Part shown: piece by piece, positions 48,971 through 59,015 of the stretch
How positions within the stretch are numbered: position 1 is the stretch's first letter
Layout of the letters: every line of letters starts with the position of its first letter
Origin: Flavobacteriales bacterium
Lineage (GTDB): Bacteria > Bacteroidota > Bacteroidia > JANQJC01
Direction: 5' to 3'
Assembly (NCBI GenBank): GCA_028281825.1
Contig: JANQJC010000006.1
Coordinates: 10,076-74,075 of the forward strand
Length of the DNA: 64,000 bases
Notes under the pieces: model-generated
Database searches by the model: none
Seen by the model: only the letters and a program-made list of their open reading frames with translations
What the model was told of the DNA's origin: nothing
Translations under genes and position numbers: made by a program

Positions 48971-50338
48971 TTGGCTGTAAGAAAGAAGAAAGAAGAAAGG
49001 CCTTTCAAAAAAGTGCTCATTGCCAACAGAGGCGAGATTGCATTGCGTATTATCCGCACTTGCAAAGAAATGGGCATACCCACGGTGGCTGTTTATTCCA
49101 CTGCTGATAAAGAAAGCCTGCATGTGCGCTTTGCAGACGAAGCCGTGTGTATAGGCCCTGCAGTAAGTAAAAACTCTTATCTCAACATCCCAAACATTAT
49201 AGCAGCAGCTGAGATTACCAACTCAGATGCGATACACCCTGGTTATGGCTTCTTATCTGAGAATGCCAACTTCTCTCGCATCTGTACAGAGCATGATATC
49301 AAGTTTATAGGCGCCTCACCAGCAATGATTGAGGCCATGGGCGATAAGGCTTCAGCAAAAGAAACAATGCAGAAAGCTGGTGTGCCTACCATCCCCGGCT
49401 CAGACGGACTAATTGAAAGTGCAGCCGAAGCTAAAAAATTAGCCAAAAAGATAAAATATCCTGTAATCCTGAAGGCTACTGCCGGCGGTGGTGGGCGTGG
49501 CATGCGAGTGGTGTGGAAAGAAGAAGACTTGGAGAAGAACTTCGAGTCAGCCCAGAAAGAGGCTGGTGCTGCCTTCGGTAACGACGGCATGTACATGGAG
49601 AAGTTTATTGAAGACCCACGCCATATTGAGATACAAATAGTTGGTGACCAATACGGTAAGGCTTGCCACTTATCAGAAAGGGATTGCTCGGTACAACGCC
49701 GCCATCAAAAACTGTTGGAAGAAACGCCTTCGCCTTTCATGACAGACGCTTTGCGTAAAAAAATGGGTGAAGCTGCTATAAAAGCTGCTTTAGCTGTTAA
49801 CTACGAAGGTGTGGGCACAGTAGAATTCCTGGTGGATAAACACCGCAATTTCTACTTCATGGAGATGAACACCCGTATACAGGTAGAGCATCCCATTACC
49901 GAAGAAGTAATCAACTTTGACCTGATAAGGGAGCAAATAAGAGTGGCTCAAGGCGCTCCCATCTCTGGAAATAATTACGAACCTCAATTACATGCTATTG
50001 AGTGCCGCATTAATGCGGAAGACCCTGATAATGATTACCGCCCAAGCCCTGGTTTGATTACTACTTTGCACATCCCTGGTGGGCATGGTATTAGGGTTGA
50101 CACCCATGTATATGCCGGCTATACCATACCACCTCATTATGACTCAATGATTGCCAAGCTTATCACTATTGCACAAACACGTGATGAAGCTATAGCCAAG
50201 ATGAGCCGCGCACTGGACGAATTTGTAATTGAAGGTATCAAAACCACTATTCCGCTGCACAAAAAGATAATGGCCAATAAACAATTCCAGGAAGGACATT
50301 ATACTACCAAGTTTATCGAGGAGATAAAGGAAAAATAA
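48971..50338 (+). CDS. accC: Acetyl-CoA carboxylase biotin carboxylase subunit
   Basis: [14 protein letters not shown] and ATP-grasp motifs. Start is either TTG at 48971 or, more typically, the in-frame GTG at 49013 (VLIANRGE). Confidence 0.9.
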   Translation: MAVRKKKEERPFKKVLIANRGEIALRIIRTCKEMGIPTVAVYSTADKESLHVRFADEAVCIGPAVSKNSYLNIPNIIAAAEITNSDAIHPGYGFLSENANFSRICTEHDIKFIGASPAMIEAMGDKASAKETMQKAGVPTIPGSDGLIESAAEAKKLAKKIKYPVILKATAGGGGRGMRVVWKEEDLEKNFESAQKEAGAAFGNDGMYMEKFIEDPRHIEIQIVGDQYGKACHLSERDCSVQRRHQKLLEETPSPFMTDALRKKMGEAAIKAALAVNYEGVGTVEFLVDKHRNFYFMEMNTRIQVEHPITEEVINFDLIREQIRVAQGAPISGNNYEPQLHAIECRINAEDPDNDYRPSPGLITTLHIPGGHGIRVDTHVYAGYTIPPHYDSMIAKLITIAQTRDEAIAKMSRALDEFVIEGIKTTIPLHKKIMANKQFQEGHYTTKFIEEIKEK

Positions 50339-50365
50339 CAGACTTTTTGACTTTACACCAATGTA

Positions 50366-50394
50366 AAAGCCCTACCTGTACAGGTAGGGCTTTT
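50366..50394. terminator. Bidirectional rho-independent terminator
   Basis: AAAAGCCCTACCTGTACAGGTAGGGCTTTT lies between convergent accC and a small membrane-protein gene. Confidence 0.8.
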
Positions 50395-50418
50395 CACTTT
50401 ACAAAGGGAAAGGGGGGA

Positions 50419-50628
50419 CTATTGTTTACCTACTGCTAATACTACGATACCGGCAACGGCAGCAATAGTACCACCAATCATCATCATGTTTATATTCTCA
50501 CTGGCATCTTGTTTAAGTTCAACGTCTCCTATCTCAAGAATTTCGTTGTCTTGCGATTGCTCTGTAAATCCAAGAATTCCAACAATGATACCTATTAATA
50601 ATAATGAAATTCCAATTGCTTTTTTCAT
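50419..50628 (-). CDS. Small hypothetical membrane protein (69 aa, 2 TM)
   Basis: MKKAIGISLLLIGIIVGILGF...IGGTIAAVAGIVVLAVGKQ. Confidence 0.4.
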   Translation of the reverse strand: MKKAIGISLLLIGIIVGILGFTEQSQDNEILEIGDVELKQDASENINMMMIGGTIAAVAGIVVLAVGKQ

Positions 50629-50984
50629 GATTTCTAATTTTTATTGATTTATGTGAGTAATTAATTAAACTATCATGCCATAAATCTTTTATCCATATGC
50701 ATTTTTCCTTCAATTCCCTTACAATCCCTACTATCAAGAGGTTATCATTTGATGTTCACCTGTTCTCTGAACACAGTGGTCATATAATTCCTAAGCAAGA
50801 GAATGTGTCACATTTTCATCATTACGGGGAATTTTTACCTCGTTTTTTTATTTTGCCCGAAAAATTGAGATTTAATAAAAGTCAACGCCATCAAGGGTTT
50901 CCTGCCATCCTAATATACACCCATGTTTCTCGGCATGCATTTGGGACTATTTCTGGCATTATTAACCATTAAAATTTTAAAATC

Positions 50985-51140
50985 ATGTTAGAATGGGCAA
51001 TCGGATTTTTAATAGTTGCATTGGTAGCAGCGCTTTTTGGATTTACAGGAATAGCTAAAGGGGCTGCCTCAATAGCAAAAGTTTTGTTTTACATTTTTAT
51101 TGTTGTGTTTTTGGTAAGTCTTGTAATGGCCTTGCTTTAA
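50985..51140 (+). CDS. DUF1328/UPF0391-family small membrane protein (51 aa); not in the supplied ORF track
   Basis: ATG at 50985, TAA at 51138. Translation [51 protein letters not shown] matches the conserved FGFTGIA core of the DUF1328 family. Confidence 0.6.
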   Translation: MLEWAIGFLIVALVAALFGFTGIAKGAASIAKVLFYIFIVVFLVSLVMALL

Positions 51141-51203
51141 TGGCTAAGTGAAATACCATAAACACAACTAACCAATTTTATTAACTACCTAAATTTAAAC
51201 GCA

Positions 51204-51431
51204 ATGAAACGCTTATCAATAATTACAGCCATTTGTGCTTCTTTTTTTGTGTTGAGTTTTAGCTCATGCACTAAAGATTACACTTGTGAGTGCGAGTCAA
51301 GTTCTTTTGGAACTACTGATACGCAAAGCTATACCTTTAATGGAACAAAAAGTGAAGCAACAGAAGACTGTAGTGAAAAAGAAGAAGAACTTAACGGAAC
51401 ATTTAATGACGTAGATTGCTTTATTAAGTAA
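51204..51431 (+). CDS. Small Cys-rich lipoprotein (hypothetical)
   Basis: Lipobox FSSC. Six cysteines in 55 mature residues. Followed by a strong terminator. Confidence 0.4.
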   Translation: MKRLSIITAICASFFVLSFSSCTKDYTCECESSSFGTTDTQSYTFNGTKSEATEDCSEKEEELNGTFNDVDCFIK

Positions 51432-51441
51432 TCGAACTAGA

Positions 51442-51475
51442 AAAGGCCCCCTGAATAAATTCAGGGGGCCTTTTC
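51442..51475 (+). terminator. Rho-independent terminator
   Basis: AAAAGGCCCCCTGAATAAATTCAGGGGGCCTTTT. Confidence 0.8.
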
Positions 51476-51544
51476 AGTTTTTGTAGGTAAAGAACGTTTA
51501 CACAGATGTCAATTGTTCCATATAATAAATAAACAAAACTAGCG

Positions 51545-51979
51545 ATGACAATATTTGAAGCATTAAGAAAAGACCACGAAATACAACGTGAATTGCTGGA
51601 TAAACTAATTGAAACCAGCGGAGACACCCCTGAAAGAAGGGAAATATGGAAAAGGTTAAAGAAAGAACTTCAAATTCATGAAGATGCTGAAGAAAGGAAC
51701 TTTTACATTCCATTAATAGATAAAGACCTAACGCAAGAAAAAGCCAGACACAGTATTGCAGAGCATCATGACATTGATGAAATGATTGAACAAATGGAAG
51801 AAACCGAATTCAGCTCCACTGGTTGGCTGACTCTTGCAAAATCACTCAAAGAAATAGTGACACATCATCTAGATGAAGAAGAACACGAGATATTCCAGTT
51901 AGCAGGTAAGGCTTTGACAGATAGCCAAAAGACCTCGTTAGCATCGGAATACAAAAAAGAAATGGAAGAAAACAGATAG
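51545..51979 (+). CDS. Hemerythrin HHE cation-binding domain protein
   Basis: Repeated H..E/HxxxE spacing (KDHEIQRELL, IHEDAEERNFYIPL, EHHDIDEM, THHLDEEEHEIF). Confidence 0.6.
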   Translation: MTIFEALRKDHEIQRELLDKLIETSGDTPERREIWKRLKKELQIHEDAEERNFYIPLIDKDLTQEKARHSIAEHHDIDEMIEQMEETEFSSTGWLTLAKSLKEIVTHHLDEEEHEIFQLAGKALTDSQKTSLASEYKKEMEENR

Positions 51980-52203
51980 CATGCAGTAACAAACCCCAAT
52001 AAGCAAGCTGCCACAATAATATGTGAGCAGCTTGTTTTGTATCATAAAGTATCTAGACAAAAATAATCTTCAATATCCCAAAAACTTTGCCTGAAATATC
52101 GAGGTTAATCTCCTGGGTTAATACTATATTGTGTTTATTGAAACATAGCATAGCCACACAAGGTCATCAAAGCTCAGCCAGAAGTATGATTTGAAAGAAA
52201 AAG

Positions 52204-53277
52204 TTAAGTACCTTTTTCCCCACGCTCTTCACTTAATAATATGCCCAGTGGCTTAAAAGTTCGCGAGTGAGAAAAAATCACACGTAATATGGCTGTTACA
52301 GGTATGGCAAGTATTATGCCCGCAATACCCCATATTAATCCCCCAACAAACAGAGCTATTACTGCAATAAACGGATTGACATTTACTTGTGAGCCCACTA
52401 TATTGGGGGTAATAAGGTTACCCTCAATCACTTGAATGATGACATACATAACTACAACCCCCATGGGGTACCACATTGAGTCTTTTGTTGCAAGAGCAAT
52501 AGCCGTGGGTATGGCACAACCCACTACATTGCCCAAATAGGGGATAATATTCATGGTAGCAGAAAAAATCCCTATGATAATAGCATATTTAATACCCAGC
52601 AAGAGAAGTCCAATACTGTTTAACACTGCTAGGATTAATACTACCAAAAGAACCCCTTTTATGTACTGCCTTGATACCGTCATCACTTCAGAAACGGCGC
52701 TTTCTACTTTCTCAGTCTTGGTATATTGCTCAAATACACTTACCAAAAAGTGTTTCCATTTATCCCTGTAATACATCAAAAATACCATGTAAATGGGAAT
52801 AAGCGCAATAGTAAATAGCGCTTCATAGGTAGTTGAAAGTGCCGTTTTAAAAACTTCACCTGCCGGTGCCATAATGTTTGACTTATTATTTTCTATCAAT
52901 TCTTCCTGCTCTTTCGGAGTCATATTAAGCAATTCGCGCACTTGTTGCATTAGGTTATCAGCAGCCTGGCTAAAATAGCTCTTGAGATTAGGGATATCTG
53001 ATAGAAAATTCTGCATCTCATAGGCCATAAAGGCTGCAAACCCCAAAGCCATCACGGTACAAATGAATACCACGGTTATTACGGAAACTATGCGTGGTAT
53101 TCTCCAACTCTCAAGTTTCTTTACGAATGGTAAAGTGACCAAGCTTAATATAATAGCAAATACCAATGGTATTAATATTGCCTTTGCTACAATGGCTATC
53201 GCTATTATCACTGCAGTTATAAAAAGTATTTGGCTAATATCAGCCAAACCCATTTGTGTTGAACTTTTAGAACGCAT
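52204..53277 (-). CDS. AI-2E family transporter (PerM/UPF0118)
   Basis: 357-aa polytopic membrane protein with the characteristic G-rich C-terminal helices (GGLIWGIAGIILAIPV). Confidence 0.65.
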   Translation of the reverse strand: MRSKSSTQMGLADISQILFITAVIIAIAIVAKAILIPLVFAIILSLVTLPFVKKLESWRIPRIVSVITVVFICTVMALGFAAFMAYEMQNFLSDIPNLKSYFSQAADNLMQQVRELLNMTPKEQEELIENNKSNIMAPAGEVFKTALSTTYEALFTIALIPIYMVFLMYYRDKWKHFLVSVFEQYTKTEKVESAVSEVMTVSRQYIKGVLLVVLILAVLNSIGLLLLGIKYAIIIGIFSATMNIIPYLGNVVGCAIPTAIALATKDSMWYPMGVVVMYVIIQVIEGNLITPNIVGSQVNVNPFIAVIALFVGGLIWGIAGIILAIPVTAILRVIFSHSRTFKPLGILLSEERGEKGT

Positions 53278-53294
53278 AATGGTTGGTTTATAAT

Positions 53295-53666
53295 TTACAC
53301 GTTTGGCATTGCACTACTAATACCTGATACTATTTTGCTTTTGTACTTATTGAAAACTGTGGTCAAAATGTGTTTTAAAACGTCAGACCATGAGCGGCCT
53401 GTTTTCATCTTGGTTATAGCTACATTAATAGCTATTGAAACAAGTGTACCTACCAAAGCATAGGATATGCTACCGGTGTCTTTTTCCTCCTTTGTTTCGC
53501 TTCCACCAGCTATAGTCTCTGCTACTTTGCCTAAAATAGCACCGCCCGAAAACGCTTTGCGGGCTTCTAATTCCAAGCCTATTTTGTGGTATTGTGCTTT
53601 TAGCCTAAGACGCGCTTTAGCCTCATTCAGGCTGCGTATATCAGTTATTTTAAATTCTTCCGTCAT
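53295..53666 (-). CDS. Hypothetical protein (part of YtxH/holin-like stress triad)
   Basis: 123 aa. One central hydrophobic segment. Start overlaps the upstream gene's 3' end. Confidence 0.35.
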   Translation of the reverse strand: MTEEFKITDIRSLNEAKARLRLKAQYHKIGLELEARKAFSGGAILGKVAETIAGGSETKEEKDTGSISYALVGTLVSIAINVAITKMKTGRSWSDVLKHILTTVFNKYKSKIVSGISSAMPNV

Positions 53667-54003
53667 TTTCGTAAATCTTTTTAATCAAGCTGTTTCTCAA
53701 TTCCTTTTTTAGAAATGCTTTTCTTGTTAAGCTGAGAACAAGGCATACAAAAAAATAAAGGCCAGCTACAGCAAGATAGCCCAAGTAAGTACTATTAGTG
53801 TATTCATTAATGACTATTGCCCCGGCCACGCTTATAAAAAGTGTAGCAAAAAACAGCAGTAAGTAAATCAAAAGAGAACTTAATAATGCAGCTATAATGT
53901 TAGTAGACTTCTCTACTAAGGTCAACTTTAGCAGCTTGAGCTGAGCAGTTACATACTGCTCGAGATGTTCTTTGGCCTCACTCCAATTTTTATCGGTACT
54001 CAT
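53650..54003 (-). CDS. Phage-holin-family-like (DUF1469/'holin-X'-like) small membrane protein
   Basis: Two adjacent TM helices after an amphipathic N-terminus. Genomic pairing with a YtxH protein is typical. Start chosen at MSTDKNW. Confidence 0.4.
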   Translation of the reverse strand: MSTDKNWSEAKEHLEQYVTAQLKLLKLTLVEKSTNIIAALLSSLLIYLLLFFATLFISVAGAIVINEYTNSTYLGYLAVAGLYFFVCLVLSLTRKAFLKKELRNSLIKKIYENDGRI

Positions 54004-54010
54004 GATTGTT

Positions 54011-54277
54011 CTATTTGGTGGTTTGTTCTTTAATAACTTCTTTGGCCTTGTCAGCGGCTTTGTCTGCCATTTCCTCACCTTCGGCAGCAAAATCAGCAAG
54101 ACTGTCTTTAACCGAGCCTAAAATCTCTGCTAGATTATCGCGTGTTTCTTTGCCACTGGCAGGCGCAAATAGCAAGGCTACAGTAGCCCCAACTGCCGCA
54201 CCAGCCAATGCCGCTATCATAATTTTAGTCGTTTCGTTAAAATCACTTTGGTCTTTGTTTTTATCTTCGGTACTCAT
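54011..54277 (-). CDS. YtxH-domain protein
   Basis: IMIAALAGAAVGATVALLFAPASGKETRDNL is the YtxH signature. Confidence 0.65.
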   Translation of the reverse strand: MSTEDKNKDQSDFNETTKIMIAALAGAAVGATVALLFAPASGKETRDNLAEILGSVKDSLADFAAEGEEMADKAADKAKEVIKEQTTK

Positions 54278-54350
54278 GGTGTAACATCTATTTTTAGATT
54301 AATCGCTTCGTTTTCAACTCTTTTATATAACAAAATATTCTTCTTATGGT

Positions 54351-55226
54351 TTACCACTTAACCAATTCGGTTCGCCCAGTTGCTTGTATAGTCATCGGCA
54401 CATCCTGAACAGAATCATTATCCAAAACACCTGTTAAATTAATTTCATAATCCATGCTATCATTATTGGTTATCACGCTCCAAAGCATATCAAAAGGCTT
54501 GTCATACTCAAGGTCAATTGGCAACCCTACCTCAATTGTTGATAGTGGGTCTATCACAATTTTACTACCATAACTTCCCCTACCAACTACATTATCGCCC
54601 AACTTGGCACTATACACAAGATTGCGCAACTTGACCCCTATCTCACTACTATTATTAATGATTTGCAACCCCAACATAAGGTCTATTTTCTTTTCCTTTA
54701 GGTTGAGCCTTCCCGCTTTTATTCCTTGTAATCTAAAGTCAGGTGGACGGGGAACCTTAATATCAATACCTCTCTTTATGGAAATAGTTGTTCTACCCAA
54801 AAAGGTATTATAGGTGAGGTTAAAATCAGCAGTAATATAAGTAGAGTCTTGGCTTTGGATATCTTTTATTAAACCTCTGGCTTTCTTGAAAGGTAACCTT
54901 AAAACCAAATCGACGGTATCTATTTGGCCAGGTTCCTGATCCAAACAAATTGCCTGACATTCTGAGACCAATTTAACACCCGCCAATTTGAGGGTATAAT
55001 CAAGTGTATCTATGGTTATTTTGTATGGAGCCTTATTCTCAAGTGTACCAATTACATTGATATATGCCGTATCTCCATTAATTTTGGCAAACACATGATT
55101 AAGTTGATTGAGATTAGGCAGGGCAAAATTTAGCGCCTTAGTGGGTCTGTACCATATATAAGCACCTAATGCAAGCATAACTAATACAGCAATAGAAATC
55201 AATAAATATTTGATTATTTCCTTCAT
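54351..55226 (-). CDS. Membrane-anchored hypothetical protein, possibly LEA-2/WHy-like
   Basis: N-terminal TM anchor then beta-rich domain. Family call is tentative. Confidence 0.3.
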   Translation of the reverse strand: MKEIIKYLLISIAVLVMLALGAYIWYRPTKALNFALPNLNQLNHVFAKINGDTAYINVIGTLENKAPYKITIDTLDYTLKLAGVKLVSECQAICLDQEPGQIDTVDLVLRLPFKKARGLIKDIQSQDSTYITADFNLTYNTFLGRTTISIKRGIDIKVPRPPDFRLQGIKAGRLNLKEKKIDLMLGLQIINNSSEIGVKLRNLVYSAKLGDNVVGRGSYGSKIVIDPLSTIEVGLPIDLEYDKPFDMLWSVITNNDSMDYEINLTGVLDNDSVQDVPMTIQATGRTELVKW

Positions 55227-55271
55227 AAGATTTTAAATCCTTATGCTACACATACTAGCCTTGGGAAGCAT

Positions 55272-56444
55272 CTACCTTTCCTGTTCTGTTTTTTCCTCAT
55301 TTTTCGAGAAAAGCCTTTGGAAAAAACCCTCCTTATCGCCCTCTAAGTCATTAATGTCAATTGTATTGTCAATAGCAGGATATAATGCTTGTAAAAAAGC
55401 ATTTCGCAACACGTAGCCCACTGCACCCCAAATTCCTATTTCAGGGTTATCAAAGGTGTTTTCGATACTGACCTTGGTAGCCACCTGGTCTTTTTTTTGA
55501 TTTTGGATTAATTCAGCACCTCCTGCCACAATAGTTTCCCAAAGTACTTGGGAAAAATTACCCTCCTCCTTCTCCCACTGCACAACATCAAGATCTTTTA
55601 CCAGAGGTTTAACGTAACCGCCAAATCTCCCTTCTTTGGCCGCAAATTCCATATACATATTAAATTCCCCTTTTTTGACATCAAAATTTCCATATGCCCT
55701 TAAAAAATCATTCAAGCCTGTCATATCCAACTGTTTGATTTCTGCATTCAAATCAAAAGTTGGATTCTCTGCCAAAGCATCTAATTTCACATCCAAATCA
55801 AATGAACCCCCATAAGTATTTCCTCGGGCAGTCAATGAAGCAGGTAGCGTATCATTGGGGTCTGGCTTGGTTGATAAATCCTGAGCCAAGACATGTAGCT
55901 CATTGATAAATATATCTACTTTAGGGGAAGCGCCAGGGTCTTTATAATGTATTTGCGCCTCATTTATTTCAAAATGGTTGATGGTGAGCGGAACCAAGTC
56001 ATCAATCAATTCCTTGAAATCAGCTGTGTCGGCCTCCACATTTTCATCCTTGTGCGCGCCTTTTACAAAATTAAGAACTGGCTTCTCCACGTATACTTCC
56101 GCCACTACTTTACCCTCAAACAAGGCCCTCCATTGAACTGAAAGGTCAATTTCATCAGAAGTAAAAAAAGGTATAGAGTCTTTCACATCATTTCCTGCTT
56201 GTTCTTTTTTTCTTATCTCTATATCATCAATAACATAGGCACCTCTCCATAATCGAATGTCTATATCGTCCACGTGACCATAATACTCTTCTAACTGTGA
56301 TAGCTGCTTGTTTACATAATGCAAGACTATAGAAGGCAAAAACAAGCGGAATATTATTAGTATTCCAATTACAGTGCTTATGACAATCAAAGTCCTTCTA
56401 CTCATATTTTTAAAGAAATGATTGAATCTCATTTTTTTGAACAT
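55272..56444 (-). CDS. Membrane-anchored hypothetical protein (DUF748/AsmA-like candidate)
   Basis: N-terminal anchor MSRRTLIVISTVIGILIIFRLF followed by a long soluble domain. Start uncertain (56444, 56432 or 56405). Confidence 0.3.
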   Translation of the reverse strand: MFKKMRFNHFFKNMSRRTLIVISTVIGILIIFRLFLPSIVLHYVNKQLSQLEEYYGHVDDIDIRLWRGAYVIDDIEIRKKEQAGNDVKDSIPFFTSDEIDLSVQWRALFEGKVVAEVYVEKPVLNFVKGAHKDENVEADTADFKELIDDLVPLTINHFEINEAQIHYKDPGASPKVDIFINELHVLAQDLSTKPDPNDTLPASLTARGNTYGGSFDLDVKLDALAENPTFDLNAEIKQLDMTGLNDFLRAYGNFDVKKGEFNMYMEFAAKEGRFGGYVKPLVKDLDVVQWEKEEGNFSQVLWETIVAGGAELIQNQKKDQVATKVSIENTFDNPEIGIWGAVGYVLRNAFLQALYPAIDNTIDINDLEGDKEGFFQRLFSKNEEKTEQER

Positions 56445-56536
56445 TTGTTGGTTACAACTCCTTATAAAGGAAAATACCATGCCAAAGTGGAACAAGATTT
56501 GCCAACTAGATAGCATAATCATTTAACAAACCAATC

Positions 56537-57469
56537 ATGAAACTTTTAAAAACCGTTTGGAATATTCTTAAAGACACAATTAGTGGATTTCTAACAGATA
56601 AATGTGTGAAACTGAGTGCTGCCCTAGCCTATTATACTATATTTTCACTACCTCCGATGCTTGTGATTATCATCGTGATTTGTAGCTTCTTTTATGGCGA
56701 AGAAGCTATACGTGGCGAGCTTTTTGGTGTAATGCGAGGCTATGTTGGTGATGGTGCTGCTTCACAAATTGAAAATGTGCTTGCCAATATATCAATTACA
56801 GGTAATAACCTATGGGCAACCATTATTGGTATAGGTATGTTACTCTTTGGGGCAACTGGTATTTTTGGTGAAATCCAAGACTCAATCAACCTAATTTGGG
56901 GGTTGAAAGCCAAGCCAGAAAAAAGCTGGTTGACGTTGATAATCAATCGATTATTGTCTTTTTCAATGATACTTGTAATAGGTTTTATATTGTTGGTTTC
57001 GCTCATGCTAAACACCCTACTGGAGATCTTTTTTAATACATTGGAGTCATACTTTCCTGATGAAATAGTAAGGTTAGTTTACTATGCTGATTATTTACTG
57101 ATTTTTGTCATTATTGTGTTACTTTTCTCGCTGATATTCAAAGTATTGCCAGACGCTGTGATTAAATGGAAGCATGTATTGGTAGGCGCAACGGTTACAG
57201 GCCTTCTCTTTATGATTGGCAAATATGTTATTGGCATGTTTTTAACGGATAGTTATTTAATCTCTGCTTATGGTGGCACGGGCTCATTGATAGTGCTTTT
57301 ATTGTGGGTATATTATTCCTCAATAATACTCTATTTTGGGGCAGAATTTACACAGTCTTACGTAAAGCATTCAGGCACAAGGATACGCCCAAACAAGTAT
57401 GCCGTTTTTGTGGAACACACCTCTATTGAAAAAGATAGTAATCAACCTAAAAAAGACGATAGCAATTAA
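56537..57469 (+). CDS. YihY/BrkB family membrane protein
   Basis: LSAALAYYTIFSLPPMLVIII signature N-terminus. Six TM helices. Confidence 0.7.
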   Translation: MKLLKTVWNILKDTISGFLTDKCVKLSAALAYYTIFSLPPMLVIIIVICSFFYGEEAIRGELFGVMRGYVGDGAASQIENVLANISITGNNLWATIIGIGMLLFGATGIFGEIQDSINLIWGLKAKPEKSWLTLIINRLLSFSMILVIGFILLVSLMLNTLLEIFFNTLESYFPDEIVRLVYYADYLLIFVIIVLLFSLIFKVLPDAVIKWKHVLVGATVTGLLFMIGKYVIGMFLTDSYLISAYGGTGSLIVLLLWVYYSSIILYFGAEFTQSYVKHSGTRIRPNKYAVFVEHTSIEKDSNQPKKDDSN

Positions 57470-58956
57470 GCTTTTATCTTTGTGTTTAACCATTTGTTGT
57501 AATTAATCATTTCTGTGTCTTCTGCTAACTCCAGCTTATGCTGTAAGAATTGGTTTATCAAATCTATCAATTTCTTATTCCCCTTACTGAAACCTTCACG
57601 CGCCATGATTTCGATTATGCGCAGAAGGTCACGTTCACGGTTGTTTTCCTCTAGCCCAATCTGGCTTTTGTAATCCCTTTCAACCTGACCAACCCTATAC
57701 TCCAAAAAGTCAAAATCTTGAAGTTCATGCCTTATGATTAACTCAGCTATGGCAATCTTGAATTGCAAACTGGTGTCAGCATTCTTATAGCTATCCAGCA
57801 AGTAGAGTTGGTTGATGTACCGTATCGCTTTGCGATAGTCTTTCTTATCAAAATAGAATATCCCTAAATTTAAGTAGACAAACACCTCATAGAATGGGGT
57901 TTTTCTGAGAAGGTCATTGGTTTTAAGCTCCTCTAGAATCTCTATTGCCTTATCAAGATCAATCTTAGAGTAATTGATAACCAGAGAATTATAATAAAAG
58001 AACCAGTATTTATCATACAAATACCTATTGTGCTCTTCCATGGCTTGTTTTAGATGGTCTGCATAAGAGAGTGATTCTTCAATCTTTCCATTCTTAAACA
58101 GGGTATTTACCAGATAGGTAAGCATCTGCAGCTTGGTATTGTGGTTGTTTCTGTTAAAGAGTTTTTCCTCGCTGAATTGCTTATAGGTGGTAAGTAAATA
58201 TCCCTCAAGGTTCTGAAAATCATGTTTTTGTAGGAGTATTTGACTCACTGCCTGATATATCTTAAACCTTAATACAGCACTCTCTTTCAGTTCTTCTGAC
58301 TGTGAGAACTCACCCACCGTTTGTTCCAACATATCCATCACGGGGTTCTTACCTGGCGAAAAGTTTTGAGTAATTTTCAACTTATACTTCACTGTCGCTA
58401 ATACATCATCAATCTGCCTGATGTGATTGAGTTTAGCTTGGTTCTCCTTCCTTTTATTGATATAAACTTCTGGATTGATAGTGACAAGCTCCTGCGAAAG
58501 CCTGATGAACTCTGTATAAATGATATCCAGTAATTCATAATTCTCCTGTTTTAATGCTTTTTTCTCGGCTTTTTTTAGGTGATTCAAAGCCACTTTAAAA
58601 GCATTTTGGTTGAAGTAGTAATGCGACAAAGAAACCATGAAAAGAATATGGTTATTCTCATCTTCCTCAAAGTGTTGAATGTATAAGCACTTATTGAGTG
58701 TATCCGTTAAGCGATTTTTAAGCCTATAGAATGCATTCTTGCTACCTTCACCATAAAGCTGCTGCGCTATCTTGTCATCATCATAGGCCTCACCTGACTT
58801 CTTTATGTAATCAAACAACTGTATATCTTTTCTGTCCTCACCGGCATGTGTTTTTGTAGCGTAAATCTTAAAGAAGCGAATATCTTCTTTATTCATACCC
58901 CTTACTATTCTATTTATAATATCCATTTTATGATATTTGAATGCGTAAGATAACAT
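57466..58956 (-). CDS. Hypothetical TPR-like helical repeat protein, possible regulator
   Basis: 496-aa all-helical protein. Repeated aromatic/Leu-spaced helices. N-terminal region is vaguely HTH-like. Confidence 0.3.
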   Translation of the reverse strand: MLSYAFKYHKMDIINRIVRGMNKEDIRFFKIYATKTHAGEDRKDIQLFDYIKKSGEAYDDDKIAQQLYGEGSKNAFYRLKNRLTDTLNKCLYIQHFEEDENNHILFMVSLSHYYFNQNAFKVALNHLKKAEKKALKQENYELLDIIYTEFIRLSQELVTINPEVYINKRKENQAKLNHIRQIDDVLATVKYKLKITQNFSPGKNPVMDMLEQTVGEFSQSEELKESAVLRFKIYQAVSQILLQKHDFQNLEGYLLTTYKQFSEEKLFNRNNHNTKLQMLTYLVNTLFKNGKIEESLSYADHLKQAMEEHNRYLYDKYWFFYYNSLVINYSKIDLDKAIEILEELKTNDLLRKTPFYEVFVYLNLGIFYFDKKDYRKAIRYINQLYLLDSYKNADTSLQFKIAIAELIIRHELQDFDFLEYRVGQVERDYKSQIGLEENNRERDLLRIIEIMAREGFSKGNKKLIDLINQFLQHKLELAEDTEMINYNKWLNTKIKA

Positions 58957-59015
58957 AAAATTCCATTACAGAGCAATTAGTTGAATAAGTATATTCGTAT
59001 CAAACTCCAACAGCT

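Noticed and set aside
50697-50972. A 91-aa ORF in the gap upstream of the DUF1328-like gene.
   Set aside because: It has no signal or TM organisation, odd composition, and no start context. It is more likely non-coding leader sequence.
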